Assembly: GCA_048939465.1 (NCBI GenBank)
Contig: JBHLPL010000007.1
Location: 897-32,896 of the forward strand
Direction of reading: 5' to 3'
Length of the DNA: 32,000 nt
Source: Promethearchaeota archaeon
Lineage (GTDB): Archaea; Asgardarchaeota; Odinarchaeia; Odinarchaeales; JBHLKK01
The position numbers and the translations under genes are program-made. Below are positions 1 through 8,697 of the stretch, piece after piece; the stretch's first letter is position 1, and each line of letters starts with the position of its first letter. A model generated the notes under the pieces. That model worked only from the letters and a program-made list of their open reading frames with translations, did not search any database and was not told where the DNA came from.

Positions 1-618
1 CGATGGACAGCAATCGAATATTGCGGTAGGATGCCTGGAAAGGTCTTCTCCCCCTCCTAGAGCTGTTGAGAGCATGTTTTTCATAACAAGCGTCCCGTCG
101 ACTGTAAATGTTCCAGTAATTATTGGCTTTATGGAATGTTTCAAAACGAGATATAACCTGTAACGGTCAGCAATATCTGAAGGAATGTCACTGCAGACCA
201 GAGACGTGCTCTGTGCGTGAATGTTGGACAAATTCTCAGCCACCTTTATGAACTTGATAAAATCTCCTGTAACAGGTTTCCGAGTGGTTCCTGATTTACT
301 GTCCAAGAAGTTGAGAGCAGCTGAGCCCGGATTAAAGTACACATTGTTATTGCCAATGTCAAGTCTCCCTCTACCATCGCGTGAGTAAAGAGCGAACGAA
401 GTTGGGCAACTTTTGAGGCTTTTCGAAACAAGATCTTCTGGGAATTTGACTACTCCACTCCTATTATCAACTTTGGCACCAGCTTGAGCAAGTATCTTGA
501 TGGCTCTCTTGCTCTGGAATATTATCCCCGTCGTTGACAATATCTTTAGTGAAGCCTCGTAGATTCTTTCCATGTCTTCAATTGAGAGTGCACGTACTGA
601 GAGTCTAGATTGCACCAT
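1..618 (-). CDS. mttB: Trimethylamine/glycine-betaine:corrinoid methyltransferase family protein (MttB/MtgB superfamily), N-terminal 206 codons; runs off the left edge
   Basis: Not in the ORF track because it has no stop in the window. Translated by hand from ATG at 618 (GGGGAGGG RBS upstream): MVQSRLSVRALSIEDMERIYEASLKILSTTGIIF...VKFPEDLVSKSLKSCPTSFALYSRDG...YFNPGSAALNFLD...HAQSTSLVCSDIP...DRYRLYLVLKHSIKPIITGTF...PTAIFDCCPS, open to base 1. This pattern is typical of the MttB family. Confidence 0.88.
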   Translation of the reverse strand, partial: MVQSRLSVRALSIEDMERIYEASLKILSTTGIIFQSKRAIKILAQAGAKVDNRSGVVKFPEDLVSKSLKSCPTSFALYSRDGRGRLDIGNNNVYFNPGSAALNFLDSKSGTTRKPVTGDFIKFIKVAENLSNIHAQSTSLVCSDIPSDIADRYRLYLVLKHSIKPIITGTFTVDGTLVMKNMLSTALGGGEDLSRHPTAIFDCCPS

Positions 619-660
619 TTCAAAGATCCCTCCCCGTAACAAATATCAATATATTTGAAA

Positions 661-1431
661 TCAGAGTGTGTTTCTTCTTATTTCACTTTTTCTTTTCAGT
701 CCGTGCTCCATTATCCATGAGACAAAAACCGGAACAAAACTAATGGCAAAATAGTCGAATCGTATGCCGCCCCACCCCAGTGTAGTGAGTATTACGAGTA
801 GTGGAATGATGGACCAGAAGACTGTTACGCCAAGCTTTGCTTTATCCTCTTCTAAAACCTTCATCAGGTTTCTTCTCAAGATGCGGGATAATAGAAGAAA
901 GCCGATCAGGAAGAGGACTGTACCGAATATGATTGCCAAAATAGGTGTGATGAATCCATGCCCAATTAGCCACCAGATATCTCCGAAGGGTCCAAGCCCG
1001 CCCATAATCAGATAACCAGAGCCATTGACCAGACACCAAAAAGCTAACCAGAAGAGTGATAATTCCACCCACGTATGCTTGATTCTTTTAATTGAGAGCA
1101 ATCCCTGTACTATGAAGGACACTGTAAGGCAAGCCACAATTCCACCGCTCATAACTAATGCGAGTTGGATTTCAGAGACTCCCCCAGGGAAGTCGTAGAA
1201 TATCCCAGATAATTCATATGGCCATAACAGGCTTATGTAAATTCCTCGAATTACTCCTCCAAAGGCAACTATGAAAGTCCCATGTCCCACTAACTCATGA
1301 ACCACTTCAGCTAAGATCTTCATTATGAAGCCAGCGGCCACAAAAAGAATGATAAATAGAAAAACCCGTTTTCTCTCTGACCTCATAACACTCACTTCGC
1401 GATGAGTCTCTGGTTGCGGGATACTTATCAT
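661..1431 (-). CDS. Membrane-embedded zinc metalloprotease, M50/M50B-like; start either 1431 or 1386
   Basis: About 6-7 hydrophobic segments, an HELVGH (HExxxH-type) motif in a TM segment and a downstream GPFGD with a candidate third Zn ligand. Confidence 0.65.
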   Translation of the reverse strand: MISIPQPETHREVSVMRSERKRVFLFIILFVAAGFIMKILAEVVHELVGHGTFIVAFGGVIRGIYISLLWPYELSGIFYDFPGGVSEIQLALVMSGGIVACLTVSFIVQGLLSIKRIKHTWVELSLFWLAFWCLVNGSGYLIMGGLGPFGDIWWLIGHGFITPILAIIFGTVLFLIGFLLLSRILRRNLMKVLEEDKAKLGVTVFWSIIPLLVILTTLGWGGIRFDYFAISFVPVFVSWIMEHGLKRKSEIRRNTL

Positions 1432-1747
1432 CCAGACTTGGCTTTGGGGTGAGTGGTGCTCATATTTAAGTGAGCGAGCAAGCCTAGCTCTCTCAAATCA
1501 TTTAGGTTGTCCATTCCTCTTGTGACACATTCATGAAATGATGGAATTCATCTATTCCCTTTATGTACATAGCTGAGTAATCGTACCCTTTAAACACTCC
1601 TGCAATAGTACGCTCATAAACTGCTGCAAGCAAAGCTCCATCTCCGAACCGGCGCTCACGTCCAGTTCCTTGATTCTCAGCATCTGCATAAGCGCCCATA
1701 AGGTGCAGAAGCCTCCGTTGGTCTTCTTTTATTTCTATTTCTGACAT
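1428..1747 (-). pseudogene. Small hypothetical gene apparently interrupted by a 1-nt frameshift near 1515-1519 (or a sequencing error); 81-aa ORF 1502..1747 plus an out-of-frame tail
   Basis: The ORF ends ...FMNVSQEEWTT*. Adding one G gives ...NVSQEGMDNLNDLRELGLLAHLNMSTTHPKAKSG*, whose TGA (1430-1428) overlaps the ATG at 1431 of the next gene (ATGA coupling). Confidence 0.5.
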
Positions 1748-1767
1748 ATGTTTTTGATCACATGTTC

Positions 1768-1789
1768 AAAGGGAAGGGTAAGGGGTGGG
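1768..1789 (-). terminator. Pyrimidine-rich tract after the acyl-CoA dehydrogenase stop; possible archaeal terminator
   Basis: Minus strand reads CCCACCCCTTACCCTTCCCTTT just after the stop at 1794. Confidence 0.25.
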
Positions 1790-1793
1790 CTGA

Positions 1794-2939
1794 TTAGCCT
1801 TTTAGTAGTCTTTTTGCAATAACTAGCCTCTGAATCTCAGATGTCCCTCCGTAAATGGATGTTATTAAGGAATCCCTCAAGAATCGTTCAACAGGAAATT
1901 CTCGTGTATATCCATAACCGCCGTGTATCTGGACTGCCATCCTGGCTGTCCTAACTGCGGTCTCTGAGGCGAAGAATTTTGCCATGGCCACCTCTTTGGT
2001 AAATTTCTTGTTTTGATCTTTCAGAACGGCAGCTCTGAGGGCAAGGAGACGTGCTGCTTCAATTTCTGTGGCTAGCTCTGCTAGTGTGAATTGGATATAT
2101 TGAAAATTGGATATAGTTTTTCCGAATTGCACTCTTTGTTTGGCGTATTCAATGGTTTTGTCTAAGGCTGCCTGCGCGATACCTACTGCTTGAGCGGCAA
2201 CACCCATTCTTACGTTATCAATACTCTTCATTGCTAGCTTGAATCCTTCTCCTTCTTCCCCGAGAAGGTTTTCCTTTGGCACCCTGCATTCTTCGAAGAC
2301 TAGTTCTGCAGTAGGCGACCCCCTGATTCCGAGTTTCTCTTCAAGAGATCCTACGGAAAATCCAGGAGTCCCTTTCTCAACAATGAATGCACTGATGCCC
2401 TTATGTGGTTTCTCTCCCTTTGACGTTCTTGCAAAAACAATGACCGTATCTGCTTCGCTTCCTTGACTGACAAACAGCTTGTTTCCAGATATGACGTATT
2501 CATTGCCATCCAAGGTTGCCTTGGTTTGAATTGCTGTAGGATCAGATCCGGCGTTGGCTTCGGTCAATGCAAAAACGCCTAGTTTTGCCCCTTGTGCGAG
2601 AGGTTTTAGAAATTTCTGTTTTTGGTCCTCTGTCCCAAACATGTTGAGTGGTTCACATACTAGGCTATTGTTTACCGACATAACAACGGAAACCGATGCG
2701 CTAACCTTCGATATCTCTTCTACAGCCAATAGGTAACTCACCGAGTCTGTGCCTGCGCCCCCATACTCGGGCGGCACAGTCATTCCCAGCAGATTTAATT
2801 GTCCCATTTTCTTGACGGCTTCTGCAGGATACATCTCTTCTTTGTCTATCTTGTCAGCTATGGGTGCTAGTTCTTTCTCCGCGAATTCCTTAACCATATT
2901 TTTTATCATTTCCTGTTCAGGAGTCAAACTAAAATCCAA
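1794..2939 (-). CDS. Acyl-CoA dehydrogenase family flavoprotein (SCAD-like scaffold, catalytic Glu apparently absent)
   Basis: Motifs FALTEANAGSD, GNKLFVSQG, KLGIRGSPT, RVQFGK, QIHGGYGY and IYGGTSEIQR. TTG start at 2939 is preceded by GGAGGT (2951-2946); the ORF-track start at 2984 is probably too long. Confidence 0.93.
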   Translation of the reverse strand: MDFSLTPEQEMIKNMVKEFAEKELAPIADKIDKEEMYPAEAVKKMGQLNLLGMTVPPEYGGAGTDSVSYLLAVEEISKVSASVSVVMSVNNSLVCEPLNMFGTEDQKQKFLKPLAQGAKLGVFALTEANAGSDPTAIQTKATLDGNEYVISGNKLFVSQGSEADTVIVFARTSKGEKPHKGISAFIVEKGTPGFSVGSLEEKLGIRGSPTAELVFEECRVPKENLLGEEGEGFKLAMKSIDNVRMGVAAQAVGIAQAALDKTIEYAKQRVQFGKTISNFQYIQFTLAELATEIEAARLLALRAAVLKDQNKKFTKEVAMAKFFASETAVRTARMAVQIHGGYGYTREFPVERFLRDSLITSIYGGTSEIQRLVIAKRLLKG

Positions 2940-3007
2940 CTCTAGACCTCCTTTAGGCTTGAGGCGGGAAGACTCTCCCAACACTTCCTTGTTCTTGAAT
3001 TGGAGAA

Positions 3008-3024
3008 CAGTTGTGTTCCAACTG
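3008..3024. promoter_or_regulatory. Palindromic candidate operator CAGTTG-N5-CAACTG (CAGTT-N7-AACTG)
   Basis: Perfect 6-bp inverted arms immediately downstream of the minus-strand TATA box of the acyl-CoA dehydrogenase gene. Confidence 0.5.
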
Positions 3025-3025
3025 A

Positions 3026-3040
3026 ATTATATATTTTTTT
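3026..3040 (-). promoter_or_regulatory. Archaeal promoter (A-rich BRE + TATA) for the acyl-CoA dehydrogenase gene
   Basis: Minus strand reads AAAAAAA-TATATAAT about 90 nt upstream of the start codon. Confidence 0.65.
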
Positions 3041-3146
3041 ACGGGTTATCCTTCTGCATTTATCTGTTCTGTGGAATCTCTTTTCAGGTTTGTGTCCCGT
3101 CTCCGGTAGTGAACGACCTGCTATCTTCATATTAATTACTCTTCTA

Positions 3147-3575
3147 TTACTCTCCCATGATTTGGACCATCAATCTTCTATTCCTGGGTCTTACATCTAA
3201 TTCAACGAAAACTATCTGTTGCCACGTTCCTAGAGTGAGTCTCTTGTCAACAAACGGAACAGTCAGACTAGGCCCAAGTATAGCTGCCCTACAGTGGCTA
3301 TGCCCATTTCCATCGTGCCATCTTAGCTCATGTTCGTACTGCATCCCCTTTGGGGAAATCCTCTCCAATATCGCTGGAAGATCTTTCAGAAGTCCGGGCT
3401 CGTATTCGATGGTTGTTACTGCACCTGTCGCTCCGGGCACAAAGACTGTGGCAATTCCTTTTGAAACACCAGACTGCGAGACTGTTTTCTGAACTCTGTC
3501 GGTAATGTCCACGATGTGGACCTCCCCGTCAGTTGAGAAATCTATTGTCTTTGCCTCAACTGTCAATATTATCAC
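3147..3575 (-). CDS. yjbQ: YjbQ/UPF0047 family protein (secondary thiamine-phosphate synthase-like)
   Basis: Motifs GATGAVTTIEYE, HDGNGHSH and LGTWQQIVFVELD..R.R. The GTG start overlaps the upstream stop (alternative TTG at 3566). Confidence 0.9.
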   Translation of the reverse strand: MIILTVEAKTIDFSTDGEVHIVDITDRVQKTVSQSGVSKGIATVFVPGATGAVTTIEYEPGLLKDLPAILERISPKGMQYEHELRWHDGNGHSHCRAAILGPSLTVPFVDKRLTLGTWQQIVFVELDVRPRNRRLMVQIMGE

Positions 3576-4339
3576 CTCTCCGATTCCCGAATTGTTTTAT
3601 ATAACCAGCTTGTTGCACTTCGGTATTTCTCCTGTAGGTCCTTTTCATTTTTGATGAAGTAAAGCTTCAGGAGCTTGCCGATCGTCTCTGGGGGCAATTC
3701 GTAGTGTACATAATGCATTTGGAAATCATAATGAATTGGATGGTGTTTGATCCGGAGAATCTCAACTAACGTGCCAAGCGTAAGGCGATAGTACAGGTCT
3801 AAGGCCTCGATATAATTGCCTCTATTGATCTCTTTCTGCACAAAACAATTAAACATCCTAATCCTCTCTTGAAGCTTTTTCAGCCTTTCATACATTCTCT
3901 TGTCAAAGGATTCCTTGTCGAAAGCAGGAAGCTGGACTTTCCCGGATTTGTTGAAATAAAAAGAAGCTTCGCCATGTACCTTGGGTTCAAGGAGCTTGTC
4001 AGGACTACTGAGTTTAAGAATTGCGAGGTCGATGATAAGATACTCGCTTGCATCTTCCAGTCTGTAGAAGGCCTGATATACGCCCTCCCACCCGGTCTGT
4101 GGTACATCGTACTTCTGTTTGATAGGTGACAGAGATTCTAATGCCCTCTCCACCGCAAGGAATGTATCATCAACTTTCTCATCATCAACAACTATGTAGA
4201 TATCCATATCAGACCACTCATCGACTCTCTTATGAGCAGCCGCACCCCCCTCCCAAAGGGCGTGAACATAATCAAGCGGTTCCAAGGATTTAACAAGCTC
4301 CTTGATTACTTCACCACGAGTTATTGTCTTTCTATTCAT
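3572..4339 (-). CDS. Pol-beta superfamily nucleotidyltransferase with a helical C-terminal domain (aminoglycoside/lincosamide NTase-like architecture)
   Basis: ALWEGGAAAHKRVDEWSDMDIYIV (GG...DxD) plus a third acidic residue in YLIIDL, followed by a helical C-terminal half. Confidence 0.75.
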   Translation of the reverse strand: MNRKTITRGEVIKELVKSLEPLDYVHALWEGGAAAHKRVDEWSDMDIYIVVDDEKVDDTFLAVERALESLSPIKQKYDVPQTGWEGVYQAFYRLEDASEYLIIDLAILKLSSPDKLLEPKVHGEASFYFNKSGKVQLPAFDKESFDKRMYERLKKLQERIRMFNCFVQKEINRGNYIEALDLYYRLTLGTLVEILRIKHHPIHYDFQMHYVHYELPPETIGKLLKLYFIKNEKDLQEKYRSATSWLYKTIRESER

Positions 4340-4407
4340 CAGTAGTGCACCTCTTAAACCATTAGATAGAAACCTTCATAAAGGATTGCCTATCACGGTA
4401 TAAGGAA

Positions 4408-4854
4408 TTGGGGAGTTTCGTGTCTGATGAAAGAAGCAGACCTCTTGGCGTAACTCTCATGGGAATCCTCACGCTTCTATCTGCAGTACTGTGGCTTATT
4501 ATTGGCGCTGGCCTAATCATGTTGCTTGGTGCTACTCTGATTCAAGTCCAACCAATACCTGATCTCCAACCAATGCCTGAATCTGACGCAGCAATGGGAC
4601 CTGTGTTGTTCCTTTGGGGCGTTTTCAATTCCGAGGTGGCATTTGGATTATTTAATATGGAAAGACGGGCATGGGTCTTGGCAGTAATGTCTACGTTAAC
4701 TGGGCTGGCTTTTTCAGCACTTGGAATTAGCATTTTTGCTACAACAATACAAAGCAGCCCTTATGCGTATCAATTGAAAGGAATTCTGATTGCCATCGGA
4801 ATGCTCCAACTACTGTACTTGCTTATTAGCCATGGCAATTTCAAGAAAGATTAA
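4408..4854 (+). CDS. Small integral membrane protein, about 4 TM helices, unknown function
   Basis: RPLGVTLMGIL N-terminal motif and four hydrophobic segments; fills the gap between minus-strand genes. Confidence 0.7.
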   Translation: MGSFVSDERSRPLGVTLMGILTLLSAVLWLIIGAGLIMLLGATLIQVQPIPDLQPMPESDAAMGPVLFLWGVFNSEVAFGLFNMERRAWVLAVMSTLTGLAFSALGISIFATTIQSSPYAYQLKGILIAIGMLQLLYLLISHGNFKKD

Positions 4855-4895
4855 TACTCTTCTCACAGGGCATATTCGGTGCGAAGTTCAACGGT

Positions 4896-5804
4896 CTATA
4901 GATCGAGCAATTCTCGGGCATTCTTTGTCAGGATCTGAACCTTTTCCTTGTTTGTTAAATAGGGAGAGCTTCTGATTTCGGCTATGATTGATTTTATGCT
5001 CACTTCGCCTAGTGCTGGGTAATCTGATCCAAACAGAACATGATCAAAACCTACTTTTTTCCTGATCTTCTCAGAGAAACTCCTTTTTGTAACCAAATAT
5101 GTGACTGCGGAGATGTCAAACCATACGTTATCATAGTCTTCTCCCAACCTCAGGGCCTCGTCAAGCCATATGCCGGGGTATCGCGCACTGTACGATCCCA
5201 TGTGAGCTAGAATTACTGGCACTTTCCTGAATCTTTTGATCATATACTCAATGTATTTTGGGTTTGCATCTTCCGAAAATCGCGGAAATTCCCAGATGTG
5301 TGGGTCACAACCCGAGTGCCACATGACGATTTTTCTCTTCCTCTCACAGAAACCAAAAACCTTTTTCATCTTCTTCTTGCTCTTCAAGGGACTGAAAAAC
5401 TGAAGTGTCGGTATGAGTTTGACCCCTCTGAGACCTAATCGGTCTACTTCCTTTATCTTTTCATCAATATACGGTTCGTCTTTAGACAAGTTCACAGATC
5501 CAAAGCCTAAGAATGTGTGAGGATACTTCATCATTAGATTTGCGACACGCTTGTTATCAATCCTTGAAATCTTAAGAAGATACCTCATGCCATCAATGAC
5601 TTGTGGACCCGCCCAAATGTAGAGGTCCAGCAGACGCTGAAGGACTCCTTCGTATATTTCTGGTCTATCTAGATCCTTCGCGTCCACATCTAGAGCAATC
5701 AAGACTGCGTATTCAATGGCCGCTTCCTTTAATTCAGATAGCATGCGATCCTCGCTTATGTACTTCAAGAAAGGATGTAGATGAAAATCTATGATCCCCT
5801 TCAA
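4896..5804 (-). CDS. Amidohydrolase superfamily protein (Amidohydro_2 type, metal-dependent TIM barrel)
   Basis: IDFHLH metal motif, MWHSG, ILAHMG, FDIS and LFGSDYP. Confidence 0.88.
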   Translation of the reverse strand: MKGIIDFHLHPFLKYISEDRMLSELKEAAIEYAVLIALDVDAKDLDRPEIYEGVLQRLLDLYIWAGPQVIDGMRYLLKISRIDNKRVANLMMKYPHTFLGFGSVNLSKDEPYIDEKIKEVDRLGLRGVKLIPTLQFFSPLKSKKKMKKVFGFCERKRKIVMWHSGCDPHIWEFPRFSEDANPKYIEYMIKRFRKVPVILAHMGSYSARYPGIWLDEALRLGEDYDNVWFDISAVTYLVTKRSFSEKIRKKVGFDHVLFGSDYPALGEVSIKSIIAEIRSSPYLTNKEKVQILTKNARELLDL

Positions 5805-5817
5805 GACCTATGATCCC

Positions 5818-7023
5818 TCATCTGTAAGGAAGAAATTCTCTTCCTAGTATCTCTCTTGCGATTATTAGTCTCATGATGTTTTGGGTTCCTTCAGCACCTA
5901 TGGAGTAAGATCTTACGCCTCTCAGTCCCATTTCGAGTGAACATTCCTTGGTATATGCAAAAGCTCCAACCCATGACATTACATCGTTGATGATATCAAA
6001 TCCCATGAGTGGTGCTTCTAATTTAGTCATGGCTGCCAGCTTCGAAACATCGTGATGAGTAAATCTCTTCTCTTGGTACATTCTATCTATCGTCCAAGCA
6101 GCCTTGTAGCATAACAGTCTATTGGCCTCTAGTCGCGCAGAATTATCAGCCAACTCAAACTGAATCCCCTCGAATTTTCCAATAGGGCGACCGAACGCCT
6201 TTCTTTGCTTGATGTACTCTATGCCATACTCTATGGCACCATCTGCGGCTCCAACACATGTGGCTCCGATCAGGACCCTGGCACACGAAAAGCCCTCCAT
6301 AGCGTAGTAAAATCCCCTATTCATTTCACCGACGATATAATGCTCTGGTAACCTTACATCGTCCATAGTAAATCCGCCAGTGGAAATCCCCATCCTTCCC
6401 ATATCCTCGAACAGTGTTGTGGTTATCCCCGGAGTGTTTTTCAGGGGCACAAAACAGAAAGTCATACCTCTGTGCTCAAGTTTGGGTTCTGTCTTAGCAA
6501 GAGTAAGATGTCCTCCACCGTTCTTCTCGGCTTCTCTGACTCCGCTTATATAGATCTTTTCTCCATTAATTACGCAGTTCTCCCCCTCTTTCTTCATCAA
6601 TGTTTTTCCTGCGCCCAGTATGTCCGACCCTCCCCCTGGCTCCGTAACTGCAATGCCTATGAATGCTTCTCCTTTGGTTACTCTAGGAAGAACCTCTTCT
6701 TTAGCCTGCTCCGTGCCATACTTGTCGAAGATATAACCCCAGGCCGCTTCCACTAAAAAAAGCACTGGTATTGCTACACTGATATCTGCTCGGCCCAGCT
6801 CTTCGGCGGCGATCGAAGCAAGTGTAAAATCTGCTCCTGCGCCTCCATATTCCGGCGAAACCGTCATGGCCAAGAGATTCAACCTTGCCATACCCTTTAT
6901 AATCTCCTCAGGAATTTCACCTTTAGTGTCCATTTCTCTTACTCTGGGTGTGATCTCCTTTCGGCAGAATTCTCTCACAGTCCTTCTAAACAATTCTTGT
7001 TCTTCGGTGAAGCCGAAATCCAT
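5818..7023 (-). CDS. Acyl-CoA dehydrogenase
   Basis: IAVTEPGGGSD, INGEKIYISG, RKAFGRPIG and IGAEGTQNIMR (catalytic Glu retained). GAGGTGA RBS upstream. Confidence 0.93.
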   Translation of the reverse strand: MDFGFTEEQELFRRTVREFCRKEITPRVREMDTKGEIPEEIIKGMARLNLLAMTVSPEYGGAGADFTLASIAAEELGRADISVAIPVLFLVEAAWGYIFDKYGTEQAKEEVLPRVTKGEAFIGIAVTEPGGGSDILGAGKTLMKKEGENCVINGEKIYISGVREAEKNGGGHLTLAKTEPKLEHRGMTFCFVPLKNTPGITTTLFEDMGRMGISTGGFTMDDVRLPEHYIVGEMNRGFYYAMEGFSCARVLIGATCVGAADGAIEYGIEYIKQRKAFGRPIGKFEGIQFELADNSARLEANRLLCYKAAWTIDRMYQEKRFTHHDVSKLAAMTKLEAPLMGFDIINDVMSWVGAFAYTKECSLEMGLRGVRSYSIGAEGTQNIMRLIIAREILGREFLPYR

Positions 7024-7165
7024 TTTATCACCTCAAATATGAAATCTATAAAGAGCAGTTACATAAATAATCCTTCCTAAAAACATTTGAATAGGTAGCA
7101 ATTCATAGTTTCATCGTGCCCATAGATGGAACTGAAAACTGAGAGAGATTGAGAAGGAATTAGCA

Positions 7166-8095
7166 ATGGCCAGGTTGATAAAAAAGCTGAAAACCAGTGA
7201 GCTGGACTTAATTCAACAATGCACCCTGGGCCCATCAAATAAACCTATAGGGGAGGTCAGTCTGGGAGAAGAACTAATCATTGAAACCTGTGACCGTTAC
7301 GGAGACGTCGTTGGTCGAGAGCACCCGTTGGATGTCATTCATAAGAAGAAACTTCCAATATATGAGAATCCAGTAACCGGTCCTTTGTATATAGTAGGAG
7401 CTGAGCCCGGAGACACCCTTATTGTGGAAATATTGGATATTGAGTTGCCTGATAGGGGAACCGTAACCCTCAAACCCGGTTGTGGAGCTCTTCAACCATG
7501 GCTTGAACAACAACCTACAATAACCAAATCCGTGAGAATCCAGAATGGCAAAATCTATTATGAAACTAATCACGGGAAAATCGTCGAGCTAGCCGCCAAG
7601 CCTTTTATAGGGACAATAGGCGTGGCACCGGCCGTCGAGGCAATTTCAACATTCACGCCTGAAAAGCATGGCGGAAATATGGATTGTGAAGATGTGTGCG
7701 CAGGGAGCAAATTATTCCTGCCGGTGTCAGTTGAAGGTGCACTGTTCGGTCTGGGGGACATTCATGCTTTGCAGGGAGATGGTGAGATTTGTGGCTATGC
7801 GGTGGAAGTCACAGCAAAAGTCAGACTCAGGCTAGGTATCCAAAAGAATAAGACTATCGAGTGGCCACGTATAGAGACAGCTGATGCAATAGCAACGGTT
7901 TGCAGCAGCAAGCCTTTAGAGGACGCTGCTCGTTTGGCATACGTAGAATTGATTAAGTGGTTAGAGGAAGATTACGGATTTGACCGATACGACGCATACA
8001 TGTTCCTCAGCATTGCTGCAAGAGCTCGCATAGCTCAGATTGTGGACCCGTTATATACGGTGGAAGCAATCTTGCCAAAGAGATATTTGACATAA
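7166..8095 (+). CDS. Acetamidase/formamidase family protein
   Basis: NPVTGPLYIVGAEPGDTL, PFIGTIGVAP, HGGNMDC and GDIHALQGDGEICG motifs. Confidence 0.9.
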   Translation: MARLIKKLKTSELDLIQQCTLGPSNKPIGEVSLGEELIIETCDRYGDVVGREHPLDVIHKKKLPIYENPVTGPLYIVGAEPGDTLIVEILDIELPDRGTVTLKPGCGALQPWLEQQPTITKSVRIQNGKIYYETNHGKIVELAAKPFIGTIGVAPAVEAISTFTPEKHGGNMDCEDVCAGSKLFLPVSVEGALFGLGDIHALQGDGEICGYAVEVTAKVRLRLGIQKNKTIEWPRIETADAIATVCSSKPLEDAARLAYVELIKWLEEDYGFDRYDAYMFLSIAARARIAQIVDPLYTVEAILPKRYLT

Positions 8096-8174
8096 GTGCT
8101 CAGATTCTGTTGATCCGACTCCGTTCTTTGGCTCGCTGGATCGATATAAAGCTGTTAGAGGGGGGATTCATTAG

Positions 8175-8618
8175 ATGAAGAATGTAATAATCAGAAAGGC
8201 TAGTAAGAGTGACATATCCGATCTACTTACGCTAGCTGAAGAGTTCATGCCCAAAGAGGCCTCCATAGAATCCAGGACGGCTGCCCTAAACGACGCGCTC
8301 GCCAGCCCGCGTTATGAGATTTTTGTAGCAGACTCGGATGGACAGATTATGGGCTTCATTGATCATTGGATCACTTCGGATTTCACTCATGGAGGAAAAA
8401 CAAGTTTTATACATAATCTCTACATTGGCCCCAATTTCAGGAGAAAGGGAATAGGGTCAAAACTGCTCCAGAGAATAATAGAAAGCTCTATGAAAAAAGA
8501 CGTTGTCGAGATACATGTGGCCACTGAGTTTGAAAACAGACCTGCCATAGCATTATACAAGGGTCACGGCTTGACAAACGAAGCACTTCAACTCGAGAAG
8601 GAACTATCGCGACGATGA
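8175..8618 (+). CDS. GNAT family N-acetyltransferase
   Basis: LYIGPNFRRKGIGSKLL acetyl-CoA binding motif A and N..AIALY..HG motif B. GATATAAA TATA-like element upstream. Confidence 0.9.
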   Translation: MKNVIIRKASKSDISDLLTLAEEFMPKEASIESRTAALNDALASPRYEIFVADSDGQIMGFIDHWITSDFTHGGKTSFIHNLYIGPNFRRKGIGSKLLQRIIESSMKKDVVEIHVATEFENRPAIALYKGHGLTNEALQLEKELSRR

Positions 8619-8697
8619 AGTCTCTATCAGATATCTATTTAAACAAATAGTATATAGCCTCAAAAAAATCGATTCAGGTAGTTGTGAGTGAAAAAGG

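Noticed and set aside
1-75. Possible frameshift or pyrrolysine amber codon in mttB
   Set aside because: Careful translation shows the frame is continuous to base 1 (…TALGGGEDLSRHPTAIFDCCPS). The pyrrolysine position lies beyond the window and cannot be assessed.
246-431. 61-aa ORF in the track
   Set aside because: Out-of-frame within the MttB-family gene (1..618), which is the real CDS.
2749-3200. Plus-strand ORFs 2749..3135 and 3000..3200, and minus-strand 2942..3130
   Set aside because: They overlap real genes or the promoter region and have atypical composition with no motifs.
8635-8650. Palindrome CTATTT-AAAC-AAATAG over a TATA-like element
   Set aside because: AT-rich with short arms and a single occurrence; not distinguishable from chance.
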